NCBI GenBank assembly: GCA_035395685.1
Contig: DAOPBR010000007.1
Coordinates: forward strand, 918-64,917
Direction: 5' to 3'
DNA: 64,000 bases
DNA from: Spirochaetota bacterium
GTDB taxonomy: Bacteria; Spirochaetota; UBA4802; JAFGJZ01
Under the pieces are notes generated by a model, which was not told the origin of the DNA, searched no databases, and worked only from the letters and a program-made list of their open reading frames with translations. This document shows, in pieces, positions 56,081 through 64,000 of this stretch. Each line of letters begins with the position of its first letter. Position 1 is the stretch's first letter. The translations under genes and the position numbers were made by a program.

Positions 56081-56496
56081 CTGCCGCTCCTTTACAAAAG
56101 AAAAACTAATTTATATAAGAAATAATAAATCATCTTAAACTGAATCCGTTTATCCTGACATCTTTAATTGAATTTGTGCACAATTTATTAATATTTTCAT
56201 CTCCACGCAAGTCAATATAAAATCAATCCAGCATATTGGACAACTCAAATCATATTACAATAAACATTAGACATACTATTATTTCAAAAAGTAATAATAC
56301 TCAAATCCATTATGGCAGAGGAAACATTTTTTCTAATTCTTTAACATATTTAATTAGTTTATTTTTTGACACTTTGATACTAAAAATATTAAAAAAACAT
56401 CTTTCCAGAATGGCCTATGTAGCGGGAAAAGACATTATCCTGATAACGATATCGAAAGTGAGCGTTATCAGGATAATTCATAATTAAGAAGAAATA

Positions 56497-58392
56497 CTAT
56501 TCAAAACTCAAAGTGCTGTGCTTATCGTTGCCGGTTTCTTTCTGGTATTTCGCAAAATCAGCTGCAGTAGATTTGTAACTATCGCCGATCGGATCATTAG
56601 TCCATAGCATAAAATCCTTATTTTCAGGCTGAATATATGTATTATTGTCAACAACGATCTTTTCAAGATCATTATACAACTGCTGTCCGCCCCATGTATC
56701 AATTATAAGTGACCGCGCATTCTTAAAAGTATTACCGGTAAAAAACATATTTTTTATCTTCGCGGTACTTTTGAACATCAGAATATGACAACCCCACAGC
56801 CACGGATAATGATTCTCTTCGTTGCCTGACCAGCCGTATCCTGAATCTTCAAGAAGATTATTTTGGAAGTATATATTCTCCATAATGCAGTTTTCGCCCT
56901 GACCCCATACTTCATAAGAGGCTTCACAATTAAAAATATGATTGTTGCGGATGATAATATTACGCTGAATTACTCCGTCAGTTCTGCTTTGATTGCTTAT
57001 TCCGGTATCGAAACATTCACTAACCGAACATCCTTCAATGAGACAATCGCTTGCATTATTCCAGAATTCAATTCCATTGCCGTATCTTCCGCAATGTGTC
57101 TGAAATGCACCGCCTATATAACTGACATCGCAGTCTTTGATAATAATATTTTTTGTTTCACCGCCGCCGATGCCGTGAGCACCGCCGTGCATAAGTTTCA
57201 GATTCGAGTACTGAACATAACTTACGTTTTCCTGCTGAATGATGTTTCTGCGCTGTGAAAGCTCTATGCTTTTATATAACTTCGCTGGATTATCAGAAGA
57301 TACGACCTTCACTCTTTGATTTTCTGCATCATAAATGAAGTCATTCTGTTTATCCAGCTCATACTCATAGAAACATTTTTCTTTAGATGATGTTTTATCA
57401 AACATAATGTTGCCGATATCAAAAACCAACGGATCTGACTCGAGTTCTTTGAAACTTATATCATCGAAGTATACAGTCGAACCGCTTGGGATGCTGTCTC
57501 CCATGAATAAATCAAATGATGCATCTGATGCCGTAGTTGTTGCTTTGAAGTTATATGTGAAACGCGTCCATGTATCCGTAATTGCAGATGAAAACTGAGT
57601 CGATTCAAAATATTTCATCGCATTCGACGCATCTCTTTTGTCGATAACACCATATGGACGGAAAGAACTCGTAGCCTTTGCCATGAAACTCAACTGATAA
57701 TTTTTTCCGGCAACAATATTGATATCACTGCTTGAAATATATATATCCCACGAGCTTAGACCGATTTGATCTGCTTTGATACTCAAACATGCAGGAGCAC
57801 TGTAATATTCATCAGTATTTCTTATGTACGATCCTTCTGCATTGCCGGATTTTTTTATCTGTATTATCCAGCCGCTAAGATCGGAGTCAAAGGAACCGTT
57901 AGTAATAAGTTCTGAAGCACTCGACTTAATTTTATTTGCAGTACTCCAGATGTTTCCGCCGATATTCTCCCAGTCACTTTCATTGTTCTTTGAAACTGAT
58001 CCAAGAATAAGAGGCTTGTCTCCGTCTCCGTAAGATGTATAGTGAATCAGCGCGGAAGAATTGCCGCTCTTCGGTATCAGCTGACCACGCCATACACCGC
58101 CGCTTTTAAATTTGATTACATCTCCCGGCTTGAATTCGAATGAATTTACTTTATCAAGAGTTTTCCATGGAGAGTTTATACTCTTTCCGCTATTCTCATC
58201 ATTTCCGTCGTTGCTTACATAATACGTTGTTCCGGTTCCAGTCGTAAAAACAATCGAATCCGTGGGATTCTTCGGACTTTTCGGATTCTTCGGATCGTCA
58301 TCGTTGAAAACATTGTCCGAATCACTTCCGCCGGAAGAGCAGGAACATAGAAGAGAAGCCGTTAAACAAAAAAGCGCAAGTTTCTTAATCAT
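56497..58392 (-). CDS. Lipoprotein with CBM4/9-like carbohydrate-binding module and right-handed beta-helix (pectate-lyase-fold) repeats
   Basis: Signal + LLCSCSSGGS. NGSFDSDLSGW CBM pattern. Repeated NNxI/N…C beta-helix turns. Confidence 0.5.
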   Translation of the reverse strand: MIKKLALFCLTASLLCSCSSGGSDSDNVFNDDDPKNPKSPKNPTDSIVFTTGTGTTYYVSNDGNDENSGKSINSPWKTLDKVNSFEFKPGDVIKFKSGGVWRGQLIPKSGNSSALIHYTSYGDGDKPLILGSVSKNNESDWENIGGNIWSTANKIKSSASELITNGSFDSDLSGWIIQIKKSGNAEGSYIRNTDEYYSAPACLSIKADQIGLSSWDIYISSSDINIVAGKNYQLSFMAKATSSFRPYGVIDKRDASNAMKYFESTQFSSAITDTWTRFTYNFKATTTASDASFDLFMGDSIPSGSTVYFDDISFKELESDPLVFDIGNIMFDKTSSKEKCFYEYELDKQNDFIYDAENQRVKVVSSDNPAKLYKSIELSQRRNIIQQENVSYVQYSNLKLMHGGAHGIGGGETKNIIIKDCDVSYIGGAFQTHCGRYGNGIEFWNNASDCLIEGCSVSECFDTGISNQSRTDGVIQRNIIIRNNHIFNCEASYEVWGQGENCIMENIYFQNNLLEDSGYGWSGNEENHYPWLWGCHILMFKSTAKIKNMFFTGNTFKNARSLIIDTWGGQQLYNDLEKIVVDNNTYIQPENKDFMLWTNDPIGDSYKSTAADFAKYQKETGNDKHSTLSFE

Positions 58393-58804
58393 CTTTTCCC
58401 CCTATTAAGATGTTTGATTGTTTTACCAAATCAGTTTATAGGAATTACCATTTCGGAATTTTTATTTTTTATCCGAAACTCGGGTCTTGCCCGTCTACTA
58501 ACCAATTCGGCAAATTGGTTAAATTCATTTTTTATGAAGTTAACCGACGGATGTTATGACTTTGCATATTCTTTTGTCAATACATTTATACAATATTGAC
58601 ATATTAGTTATACGATACATATAATTCATTTTGTTAAAGAAATTTCATCACGTAATGTTGTAAATACCGTAGGTTTATCACGTTTTAAGACTTTGAGATT
58701 GACATCTTATTTATATATATAAAAATATATCAGATTCAGGGAATAAAATAAATTTATATTGTCAGGTTAACACCATCGTTGTACAAGCATACTCATGGCC
58801 AATG

Positions 58805-59152
58805 TTAGAATAAGTCTTTTTCATTAAATGCCATATTTTTTTTAAATAAAATATCTTCAACATCTCTACGCCCGTCAATAATAGTTATGATAACAACAGT
58901 TTTATCCTGAATTCTATACATAATCCGCCATGGAGATTCTATTACTTCACGGTACAGGTTAATTTCAAACTGTTTAAATTCAGGAATGATTCTGCCTTTA
59001 TTCGGCATAGCCGATAATGAATCAGCTTTTCTTTTTATGTTTTGATAAACTTTCTTTGCGCTATTTTGATTTTCGATGGCGATATATTCAATAATTTCTA
59101 ATAACTCATTTTTCGCAGAATCGACCCATATTACTTCGAATTGAGGTTTCAT
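58805..59152 (-). CDS. RelE/ParE-family type II toxin
   Basis: ParE/RelE plasmid-stabilisation-like pattern. 4-nt overlap with the upstream antitoxin. Confidence 0.7.
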   Translation of the reverse strand: MKPQFEVIWVDSAKNELLEIIEYIAIENQNSAKKVYQNIKRKADSLSAMPNKGRIIPEFKQFEINLYREVIESPWRIMYRIQDKTVVIITIIDGRRDVEDILFKKNMAFNEKDLF

Positions 59153-59427
59153 TTAATCCATTTATGCTTATTTTCGATTTCTGCAAAAACATCTTTTTGT
59201 TTGGAGAATTTTCCATTTTTAAATTCTTTTTCGCCAATAGCCAGCAGTTTAAGCATTGTTAATGCCTTCTTCATGTTTTCGAAACTATCCGGATCAAGAA
59301 TTACGGCTTTTGCAATTCCGTTTTGTGTAACATACATAGGTCTTTTTGTTGAATTTACAGTAGAAAGAACTTCTGTTGTGTTGGCTTTAACATATGAAAT
59401 CGGTTTGATGTCCTGAATACTGTTCAT
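59149..59427 (-). CDS. Phd/YefM-family antitoxin
   Basis: Phd/YefM-like N-terminus (PMYVTQNGIAKAVILDPDSFE). Confidence 0.7.
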   Translation of the reverse strand: MNSIQDIKPISYVKANTTEVLSTVNSTKRPMYVTQNGIAKAVILDPDSFENMKKALTMLKLLAIGEKEFKNGKFSKQKDVFAEIENKHKWIK

Positions 59428-59558
59428 AAAAACCTCAATGATACGACTAAATTATGTACATTATATGGTTATGTCAAGTTCTAAATCAGGTAGAGAATTA
59501 TGAAAAGATGAAGCAGCCAAAACTTCAGACCAGCCCAATCCCGTATTGCACCCAGGCT

Positions 59559-60242
59559 TCATCTTTCAACAAAAGATATATATTTACCATAGACCCAACC
59601 GACATCACCGGAATCTGAAACTATTTTATACCAATAGAATTCATCACTTCCAATTTTCTCTTTTGAATCTGATTGCATGACAGAAATGATTTTTACTTTA
59701 TTTGCGATTAAACCTTCTATTTTACTTTTTGAACCCGGTTTATTTCTGATTCTTACAGATTCTCCATTTATCACTCCGATTTTGCATTTTGTAAAATCAG
59801 GACCTTCAATCCGCGTTTGGTTTTCAATTATTACATTATATTTATCAATACTGCCGTTATCTTTGATCATTATACAATCTTCTTTGATCGATCTGATTCT
59901 ATATTTCTGTATTGATCCATTAATAAAATATATTTCAACATCTACAGTGTTTTCATCAATTTGTTTAAATGATTTAAAATTCAAAGCATGCAATCCTGGA
60001 AAATGAAATCTATCGCCAATCGGATCAATTATTGTAAAACTATTTACATAGGTATTAGATTTTCCCCAGCCGAATTCTTTCACATCACAATCTTTACGGT
60101 TTCTCAGATTTCCATAATAATCTGAATTATCCCAAATGCCTGAAATCATTTTAAATATTTCAATATTGAAACCCGGAATATTTCTCGCATTTAACGGAAT
60201 AGCGATTAGCAATAATATAATTATAATAAATCTTTTTATCAT
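59559..60242 (-). CDS. Secreted protein with C-terminal bacterial SH3 domain
   Basis: Signal peptide. C-terminal SH3_3-like segment (IRNKPGSKSKIEGL … GWVYGKYISF). Confidence 0.45.
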   Translation of the reverse strand: MIKRFIIIILLLIAIPLNARNIPGFNIEIFKMISGIWDNSDYYGNLRNRKDCDVKEFGWGKSNTYVNSFTIIDPIGDRFHFPGLHALNFKSFKQIDENTVDVEIYFINGSIQKYRIRSIKEDCIMIKDNGSIDKYNVIIENQTRIEGPDFTKCKIGVINGESVRIRNKPGSKSKIEGLIANKVKIISVMQSDSKEKIGSDEFYWYKIVSDSGDVGWVYGKYISFVER

Positions 60243-60333
60243 TTTACTAACCTTTTAGATAATTTCGGAATAAATTATATTGCTAACATTACTTATTCAT
60301 CTTTGGATGACACAATTTAAAAACATATATCAT

Positions 60334-63300
60334 TTAACTGAAAAGATCCATTATATCATCGCCTGAAAGCGACTTGAAAAATGATGCTTCTTCTGTAATC
60401 AAGTCATTGACCAGCGCTCGTTTTTTATCCTGAAGAGCTAATATTTTTTCTTCAATTGTGTCTTTAACAATCATGCGGAATGCCGTAACCTTTTTAGTTT
60501 GACCGATACGGTGTGCTCTGTCTACAGCCTGAGCTTCCAGCGCGGGATTCCACCATGGATCAAACAATATGACGCAGTCTGCCGAGGTGAGATTGATTCC
60601 GACACCGCCGGCTTTTAAACTTAAAAGAAAAATGTTGATATCATGATTATTCTGAAATTTATCAATTTCCGCGCCGCGGTTTTTCGTAGATCCGTCAATG
60701 TAAGAAAACGGCAGTTTTCTCTGTTCTATTTCTTCTTTGATTATATTAAGCGATTGAACGAACTGCGAAAAAATCAGAACTTTGCGCCCTTCCGAGACCA
60801 AGTCGTCAAGCATGTCCTTAAGCATCTCAAATTTACATGACGAGACATTCTTAAACTGCTCTGAAGCAATTACCGGAAACAATGCTATCTGCCTCAACCT
60901 GAGAAGCGCTTCAAAAATTTCAATCGCGGATTTATCTTTCCCTTTTTCTTCAATAGTCTTTTTTATTTTTGTGCTGAATTCTTTACGCAGAGTTTCATAA
61001 ACCTTTTTCTGATCGGCATCCATTTCGCTGAAAACTGTGATCTCTTCTTTTTCCGGAAGTTCTTTAGCAACCATATCCTTTTTTCTTCTCAGTATGAACG
61101 GAAATATAATCGAACGCAGTCTCGCGGCAGCATCCTTATTGCCGTATTTTTCAATCGGATTGGCATAATTTTTTTTAAAGCTGTCTTTATTGCCGAGAAG
61201 ACCGGGGTTCAGAATATCAAACAGAGCCCAGAGTTCACCTGTATTATTTTCAATCGGCGTGCCGCTCAAAGCCAGCCGGTGTTTTGTCCTTATTTCTTTT
61301 ACAGTTTTAAATGCCTGCGATGAAGCGTTTTTGACATTCTGCGATTCATCAAGCACCATAATGCTGAATTCCATATCAGAAAAAATACTCATATCAATCC
61401 GAAGCGTATGATAGCTTGTAATAATTATATCATTCGTAATTATTTCATCACGATCACTCTTTCTGAACTGCCCCAGATGCCGGATAAATTTTAACGAAGG
61501 AGTAAAGCGCTTAATTTCATTTTCCCAATTCGGCACTGTTGAAACAGGCACAATCAGAAGAGCCGGACGGAGTTTTTTTTCTTCCTTCATTTTTTGCAGC
61601 ATAGCAAGAGTCTGCACAGTCTTTCCAAGCCCCATGTCATCGGCAAGACATCCGTTAAGCGAATGCTCGCGTAGAAAATTAAGCCAGTTATAACCTTCAG
61701 CCTGATAATCTCTCAGCTTTCCATTGAATTTCTGCGGAAGTGAATATTTTCCGATTCCGCTAACGGTTTTCAGTTTAGAATATATTGCTCTAATCTCTTC
61801 AACTTCCCGGTTTTTAGCGGATGAAGTTTCAGCGGATATCATTTCAATAGCAGGAAAATCAAGGCGGTTGATTTCAATTTCACCGCGATTATTCATTCCG
61901 CGGTTTTGAAGCTGATTTATCTTTTCTATATCCTTCTCAGAAATATAAACATAAGAGTTCTTTGTTTTTAAGAAACCGCTTTTCAAAAGACTGTAATCTA
62001 TTTCAATATCTTGTTTGCTGTTGTCATCATCGATGTATTCGGCTTTTGCGCTGAACCAGTCAATTCCCGGCTGTATTCTGAAAGCTACTTTGCCGCCCGC
62101 ACTTCTGATTTTAACACCGTCTTTCTTTAGTCTTAAATTTATATCGGCATCAAATAATTTCTTTCCGCATGAAAATAAAAAATCATGCAGATTAACAGAA
62201 ATATTTATTGAATCAGTCGGCGGAGAATAACGGTAAAAAGGCTGCTGGTGTTTTGACACCTCTATACCTGCTTCATTGATTACAGCTTTTATATAATTGC
62301 TGATACTGTTTTCATAATCCATGTTACGTTCATAAACGGTAAAAGTATCACCGGTTTGTTTCCGCACAGGATTCAGAATTATTTCCCGTCTATCATGCGG
62401 AAATTCTCTTCCATTATAATCGAAGAAAAGCTTTAAGGAACATGAATTGTAAGAATTTTCTATTTCAAGCAGCGGACTGCCGGAAGCTTTGATAACTTCG
62501 AGTTTTTCCGCCTCAAAATTTATTTTTAGATTTGATCCGGGATGATTCAGAGAATATTCCTTATAACTTTTAATTTCTCCGTAAACCGATTTACCTGATC
62601 TACTCAGATGATTTTTTATAAAAGAATTCAACTCATAATTGCCTGTGCTGTAAAAATACATGCCCGATTCATCACGGCATACAGTTGAATAACCGTCGGA
62701 TTGAATTATATTCAAAGGCGTATCTGAAGTTTTACCATTAATAATAACACGAAGCTCAGGAATAAACTCCGGGTAATTATTATAAAGAGAACCGAGCTTA
62801 AACGAAATTTCAACTCCTTTAAACGGCATAAACTGAGTATCTGCTTTTTTGTTTGTGAACGCATCAATAAAAGCTATTTTATTGACCCGCTTAAGATACG
62901 GGATTATTGACAAAACAGTAATTTCAGCATTCTGAACATACATCGGCATCATCAATAGAAGCTTAAGTTCATCCTCGTTCAGCTGTTCGGTTATCTTGTG
63001 ACGTTCATATTTTTCGGTTCGGCCGTAAGTGCCGTCTTTTTTCAAATATCTGCAGACGGGTTTTAACGCGATAAGATTAGGATCACTTTGACTGCGCCTG
63101 ATTTCAAAAGCAATCGAGAATCTTTCATTCTCTTTCCGGGATGCAAGATGTGCCTCATTCTTTAGCTCATGATAATCAAAAGACGCGGATGAATTAAGAG
63201 CTATTGTTGTTTTTCTGTCATCTGCAGGTTTTTCAGGAAGAACAAGGACTTTATCTGCATTGTAGATATCACAAACCCGCAGAAGAAGAGCTACAGCATG

Positions 63301-63567
63301 CTTGCAGTTTATTTCGTAAGGGCAATTGCATCTGCCGATACCCTTTTCCAAATCAAAGAATGTAACATACGGCTTACTCTCTGAGCCCTTCACTCTACCG
63401 GAAATAAAGTTTTCATAAATTTCAGCATCAACAACGTATCCCAGCTTATAATAATTCAAGCCTCTATCATAAATCGTCTTATCAAATAAGGAACGTATTA
63501 TTTCGGGATTTAATTCATTTATGCTCAATTTCAATTCAGTCACCGTACAAAATTGGTTTATGTTCAA
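60334..63567 (-). CDS. SNF2-family helicase with N-terminal SWIM zinc finger
   Basis: CNCPYEINCKHAVALL SWIM motif; DDMGLGKT Walker A; DESQNVKN; C-terminal helicase motifs (LILFDPWWNPA…QAVDRAHRIGQ). Confidence 0.85.
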   Translation of the reverse strand: MNINQFCTVTELKLSINELNPEIIRSLFDKTIYDRGLNYYKLGYVVDAEIYENFISGRVKGSESKPYVTFFDLEKGIGRCNCPYEINCKHAVALLLRVCDIYNADKVLVLPEKPADDRKTTIALNSSASFDYHELKNEAHLASRKENERFSIAFEIRRSQSDPNLIALKPVCRYLKKDGTYGRTEKYERHKITEQLNEDELKLLLMMPMYVQNAEITVLSIIPYLKRVNKIAFIDAFTNKKADTQFMPFKGVEISFKLGSLYNNYPEFIPELRVIINGKTSDTPLNIIQSDGYSTVCRDESGMYFYSTGNYELNSFIKNHLSRSGKSVYGEIKSYKEYSLNHPGSNLKINFEAEKLEVIKASGSPLLEIENSYNSCSLKLFFDYNGREFPHDRREIILNPVRKQTGDTFTVYERNMDYENSISNYIKAVINEAGIEVSKHQQPFYRYSPPTDSINISVNLHDFLFSCGKKLFDADINLRLKKDGVKIRSAGGKVAFRIQPGIDWFSAKAEYIDDDNSKQDIEIDYSLLKSGFLKTKNSYVYISEKDIEKINQLQNRGMNNRGEIEINRLDFPAIEMISAETSSAKNREVEEIRAIYSKLKTVSGIGKYSLPQKFNGKLRDYQAEGYNWLNFLREHSLNGCLADDMGLGKTVQTLAMLQKMKEEKKLRPALLIVPVSTVPNWENEIKRFTPSLKFIRHLGQFRKSDRDEIITNDIIITSYHTLRIDMSIFSDMEFSIMVLDESQNVKNASSQAFKTVKEIRTKHRLALSGTPIENNTGELWALFDILNPGLLGNKDSFKKNYANPIEKYGNKDAAARLRSIIFPFILRRKKDMVAKELPEKEEITVFSEMDADQKKVYETLRKEFSTKIKKTIEEKGKDKSAIEIFEALLRLRQIALFPVIASEQFKNVSSCKFEMLKDMLDDLVSEGRKVLIFSQFVQSLNIIKEEIEQRKLPFSYIDGSTKNRGAEIDKFQNNHDINIFLLSLKAGGVGINLTSADCVILFDPWWNPALEAQAVDRAHRIGQTKKVTAFRMIVKDTIEEKILALQDKKRALVNDLITEEASFFKSLSGDDIMDLFS

Positions 63568-63731
63568 ACTGAAAAATTATTTCAAAATGTCAATCGATTC
63601 ATTTTGAATTATTTCAACAGGCGTTCAATGAAAAAATGTTAATCTTTGCAGCGAGGGTGCCGCCGCAATACGCCGATCTGGGTATAAACGGCGGGAAACC
63701 TGACAATAATCCAGCGGCAACAATACGGATT

Positions 63732-63944
63732 TCATTTCATTAATTCATCAAAAGTTACAAACCTCGTTTTTTTATTTTTTGATTTTTCCTCAAAAGATTC
63801 AATGATTTCCTTGTCTTTCATGTCTTCATACAATTCAAACAATGATTTTTTAAGAAGAGTTGATGAATCACAATGAAAATGATTTTTCAAATAATTTAAA
63901 ACTCTTTCTTCATTTTCGTTTAATCTAATTGATGTTACTGCCAT
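63732..63944 (-). CDS. Ribbon-helix-helix (RelB/DUF6290-like) small protein
   Basis: SIRLNENEERVLNYLKNHF N-terminus typical of RHH antitoxin-like proteins. No cognate toxin within the window. Confidence 0.4.
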   Translation of the reverse strand: MAVTSIRLNENEERVLNYLKNHFHCDSSTLLKKSLFELYEDMKDKEIIESFEEKSKNKKTRFVTFDELMK

Positions 63945-64000
63945 AAATCATAAACCTCTTCTCTTTTACCTATATAGATAACATAGATATCATTATCATC

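Noticed and set aside
56236-56487. 83-aa plus-strand ORF in AT-rich intergenic DNA
   Set aside because: Low-complexity Ile/Asn-rich translation, no ribosome-binding site; likely noncoding promoter region of the divergent genes.

Overview
This is a densely coding, AT-rich bacterial chromosomal segment, apparently from an anaerobic diderm. Genes use sigma70-like TTGACA/TATAAT promoters and strong GGAGG ribosome-binding sites; the phylum cannot be assigned from sequence alone. The left edge carries the 5' half of a corrinoid-protein gene with the HgcA (mercury-methylation) signature NVWCAAGKGTFG. It is translationally coupled to a MarR-family regulator that has a Cys-rich tail, and a NifX-like protein and two PLP-dependent C-S lyases lie next to it. 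These are followed by cysK-mnmA-rrf2-nadA and a complete [FeFe]-hydrogenase maturation cluster (TM1266-like regulator, HydG, HydE, aspartase-like protein, HydF). The middle of the window holds ftsZ without ftsA, tRNA-Phe, gltX, a tRNA-dihydrouridine synthase (dus), ssb, MORN and K/E-rich secreted proteins, and a four-domain CoA-disulfide-reductase/rhodanese/TusA/DsrE protein coupled to a phosphopantetheinyl transferase. It also holds a coupled operon of a M15-like peptidase, a 947-aa HExxH/beta-propeller secreted protein, a 709-aa radical-SAM-like protein and a YkgJ Cys-cluster protein. The right part carries an ECF sigma/anti-sigma pair, a csoR-copA copper-efflux operon with a recognisable CsoR operator, and an unusual chemotaxis-like cluster. 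That cluster is CheY - CheX - an ammonium transporter fused to PAS, Hpt and a CheA-type ATPase - PAS-adenylate cyclase. Further right are pirin, a frameshifted lipoprotein, a RelE/Phd toxin-antitoxin pair and a SWIM-SNF2 helicase. No CRISPR array, rRNA or obvious integrated mobile element was seen. The most novel-looking items are the ammonium-transporter/CheA fusion signalling cluster, the MarR-hgcA coupling and the radical-SAM/peptidase operon.
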